A stretch of DNA of 64,000 nt from Bacilli bacterium. Its GTDB lineage: Bacteria > Bacillota_I > Bacilli_A > RFN20 > CAG-826. Position numbers and translations under genes: made by a program. Location: the NCBI GenBank assembly GCA_045222195.1, contig JBGUXN010000002.1, forward strand, positions 17,659-81,658, given 5' to 3'. Of this stretch, positions 63,221 to 64,000 are shown one piece after another (position 1 is the stretch's first letter; each line of letters starts with the position of its first letter). Below the pieces are notes generated by a model. The model was not told the origin of the DNA and ran no database searches. It saw only the letters and a list, made by a program, of their open reading frames with translations.

Positions 63221-63922
63221 TTATGATTTTTGATCGAAGACATTCGTGGTGATGTAGTCAACGCCCATATCTTCTAATTTTCTAAGCATTTCTACTTCAT
63301 CCACAGTCCAGCAATTAACTTTGAGTTTCTTTTTATGGAATATCGCTAATAATTCAGGAGTTAATAATTTCTCTTCGATATCGATATCCATCTTAAAGAA
63401 CTTAGCCCATTTATATAGAGTCTTGTAATGGCCTTCTTCTAAAAGGTGTTGTAAGTGTACTTTCTTATGATATCTATTTCTTAATTTAATAAGTGGCCAA
63501 GGATAGAACGCTATAAAGTGGACATTATCAATACCCATAAACTCATCGATATATTTCACTAATTGCTTTAAGTATTTAGCTTTTGGGTTTTTAGGTTTGA
63601 TTTCAATGATAGGGCGTTTGCCACTTTCTTTACATATCTTCAGATAATCTTCAAATAATGGAATATAAGCTTCTTTATCATTTTGGTCATTATCTAAATG
63701 GAGTTTAATGACATCATCTTTATTCATTTCCGCGATGACATATTTTTTACCATCGCTTAAAAAGTCTGGGTCGTGGTGAACAACCCAATAGTTATCTTTA
63801 GTTAAATGAATATCGGTTTCAATACCAAAGAAATCACCTTTAGCAGCTTCTTTAAAAGCGTTTAAAGTATTTTCAAAGTATTTATCATGTTTGCCCCTGT
63901 GGGCAATACATAAAGGTTTCAT
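63221..63922 (-). CDS. Glycerophosphodiester phosphodiesterase
   Basis: CIAHRG, ENTLNAF, GIETDIHLT, VNCWTVD. Confidence 0.85.
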   Translation of the reverse strand: MKPLCIAHRGKHDKYFENTLNAFKEAAKGDFFGIETDIHLTKDNYWVVHHDPDFLSDGKKYVIAEMNKDDVIKLHLDNDQNDKEAYIPLFEDYLKICKESGKRPIIEIKPKNPKAKYLKQLVKYIDEFMGIDNVHFIAFYPWPLIKLRNRYHKKVHLQHLLEEGHYKTLYKWAKFFKMDIDIEEKLLTPELLAIFHKKKLKVNCWTVDEVEMLRKLEDMGVDYITTNVFDQKS

Positions 63923-63923
63923 A

Positions 63924-64000
63924 TTAGTCGTCCGCTCCGAGTGCCTCTAAACCTTTGGCGTTTCCGGATTTATTCGCTTTGATGTTTTTAACAATTAGAG
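63924..64000 (-). CDS. 3' end of an upstream gene (partial), unknown product
   Basis: Open frame to the window edge ending ...LIVKNIKANKSGNAKGLEALGADD, with TAA at 63924-63926, 1 nt before the GDPD start. Confidence 0.35.
   Translation of the reverse strand, partial: LIVKNIKANKSGNAKGLEALGADD

Noticed and set aside
1-64000. rRNA, tRNA, tmRNA, riboswitch, CRISPR and IS/transposase scan by eye
   Set aside because: I recognised no tRNA-like T-arm/acceptor pattern, no rRNA-like conserved blocks, no spaced repeats and no transposase or inverted terminal repeats. Leaders upstream of transporters are too short (under 60 nt) for known riboswitches. A covariance-model scan (Infernal/Rfam, tRNAscan-SE) would be needed to be certain.

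Overview
About 64 kb of AT-rich chromosomal DNA from a low-GC Bacillota or Mycoplasmatota-like organism (Erysipelotrichia or Acholeplasma-like by gene content; taxon not determinable from the sequence alone). It uses the standard genetic code: TGA serves as a stop (8459-8461, 51911-51913) and conserved proteins read through intact. I support about 65 protein-coding genes. I recognised no rRNA, tRNA, CRISPR array, IS element, integrase or prophage. The window is dominated by membrane proteins, lipoproteins and transporters: an amino-acid ABC system, a MacB-like fused ABC, FeoAAB, ZIP, GPH/MFS, ArsB/NhaD-like, BioY and MscS. It also carries lipid and envelope enzymes (PAP2, acyltransferase, YhhN, O-antigen-ligase-like, GT-C-like) and housekeeping genes (aldehyde dehydrogenase, MalQ, FGGY kinase, HAD, GDPD). 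The strongest candidate for an undescribed system is the operon at 13640-17803. Its five translationally coupled genes encode an HPr-kinase-like P-loop protein, a PqqD-type RiPP recognition element, a soluble SipW/S24-like Ser peptidase, an ABC exporter and an NTP_transf_5 nucleotidyltransferase. No lasso cyclase, B2 protease, radical SAM or other known RiPP core enzyme is present. An O-antigen-ligase-like gene sits directly upstream and is bracketed by two copies of the same hairpin/T-tract/-10 cassette. An unannotated 43-aa ORF with a strong SD lies 2.9 kb upstream (10619-10750). Other items worth a second look:
- a tandem trio of zinc-ribbon membrane proteins with three unrelated low-complexity linkers
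- a 1019-aa anchored protein built from degenerate repeats of about 105-120 aa
- two perfect 7-4-7 palindromes on the feo promoter
- an HMA metallochaperone translationally coupled to a ZIP importer
- a recurring pattern of -10 boxes 7-10 nt upstream of SD-less start codons (candidate leaderless mRNAs)
- mirrored SD sequences that can pair between bioY and an ORF6N gene
- an ORF6N / SWIM / SWIM-SNF2 gene string
All functional calls come from motif recognition by eye; no database search was run.
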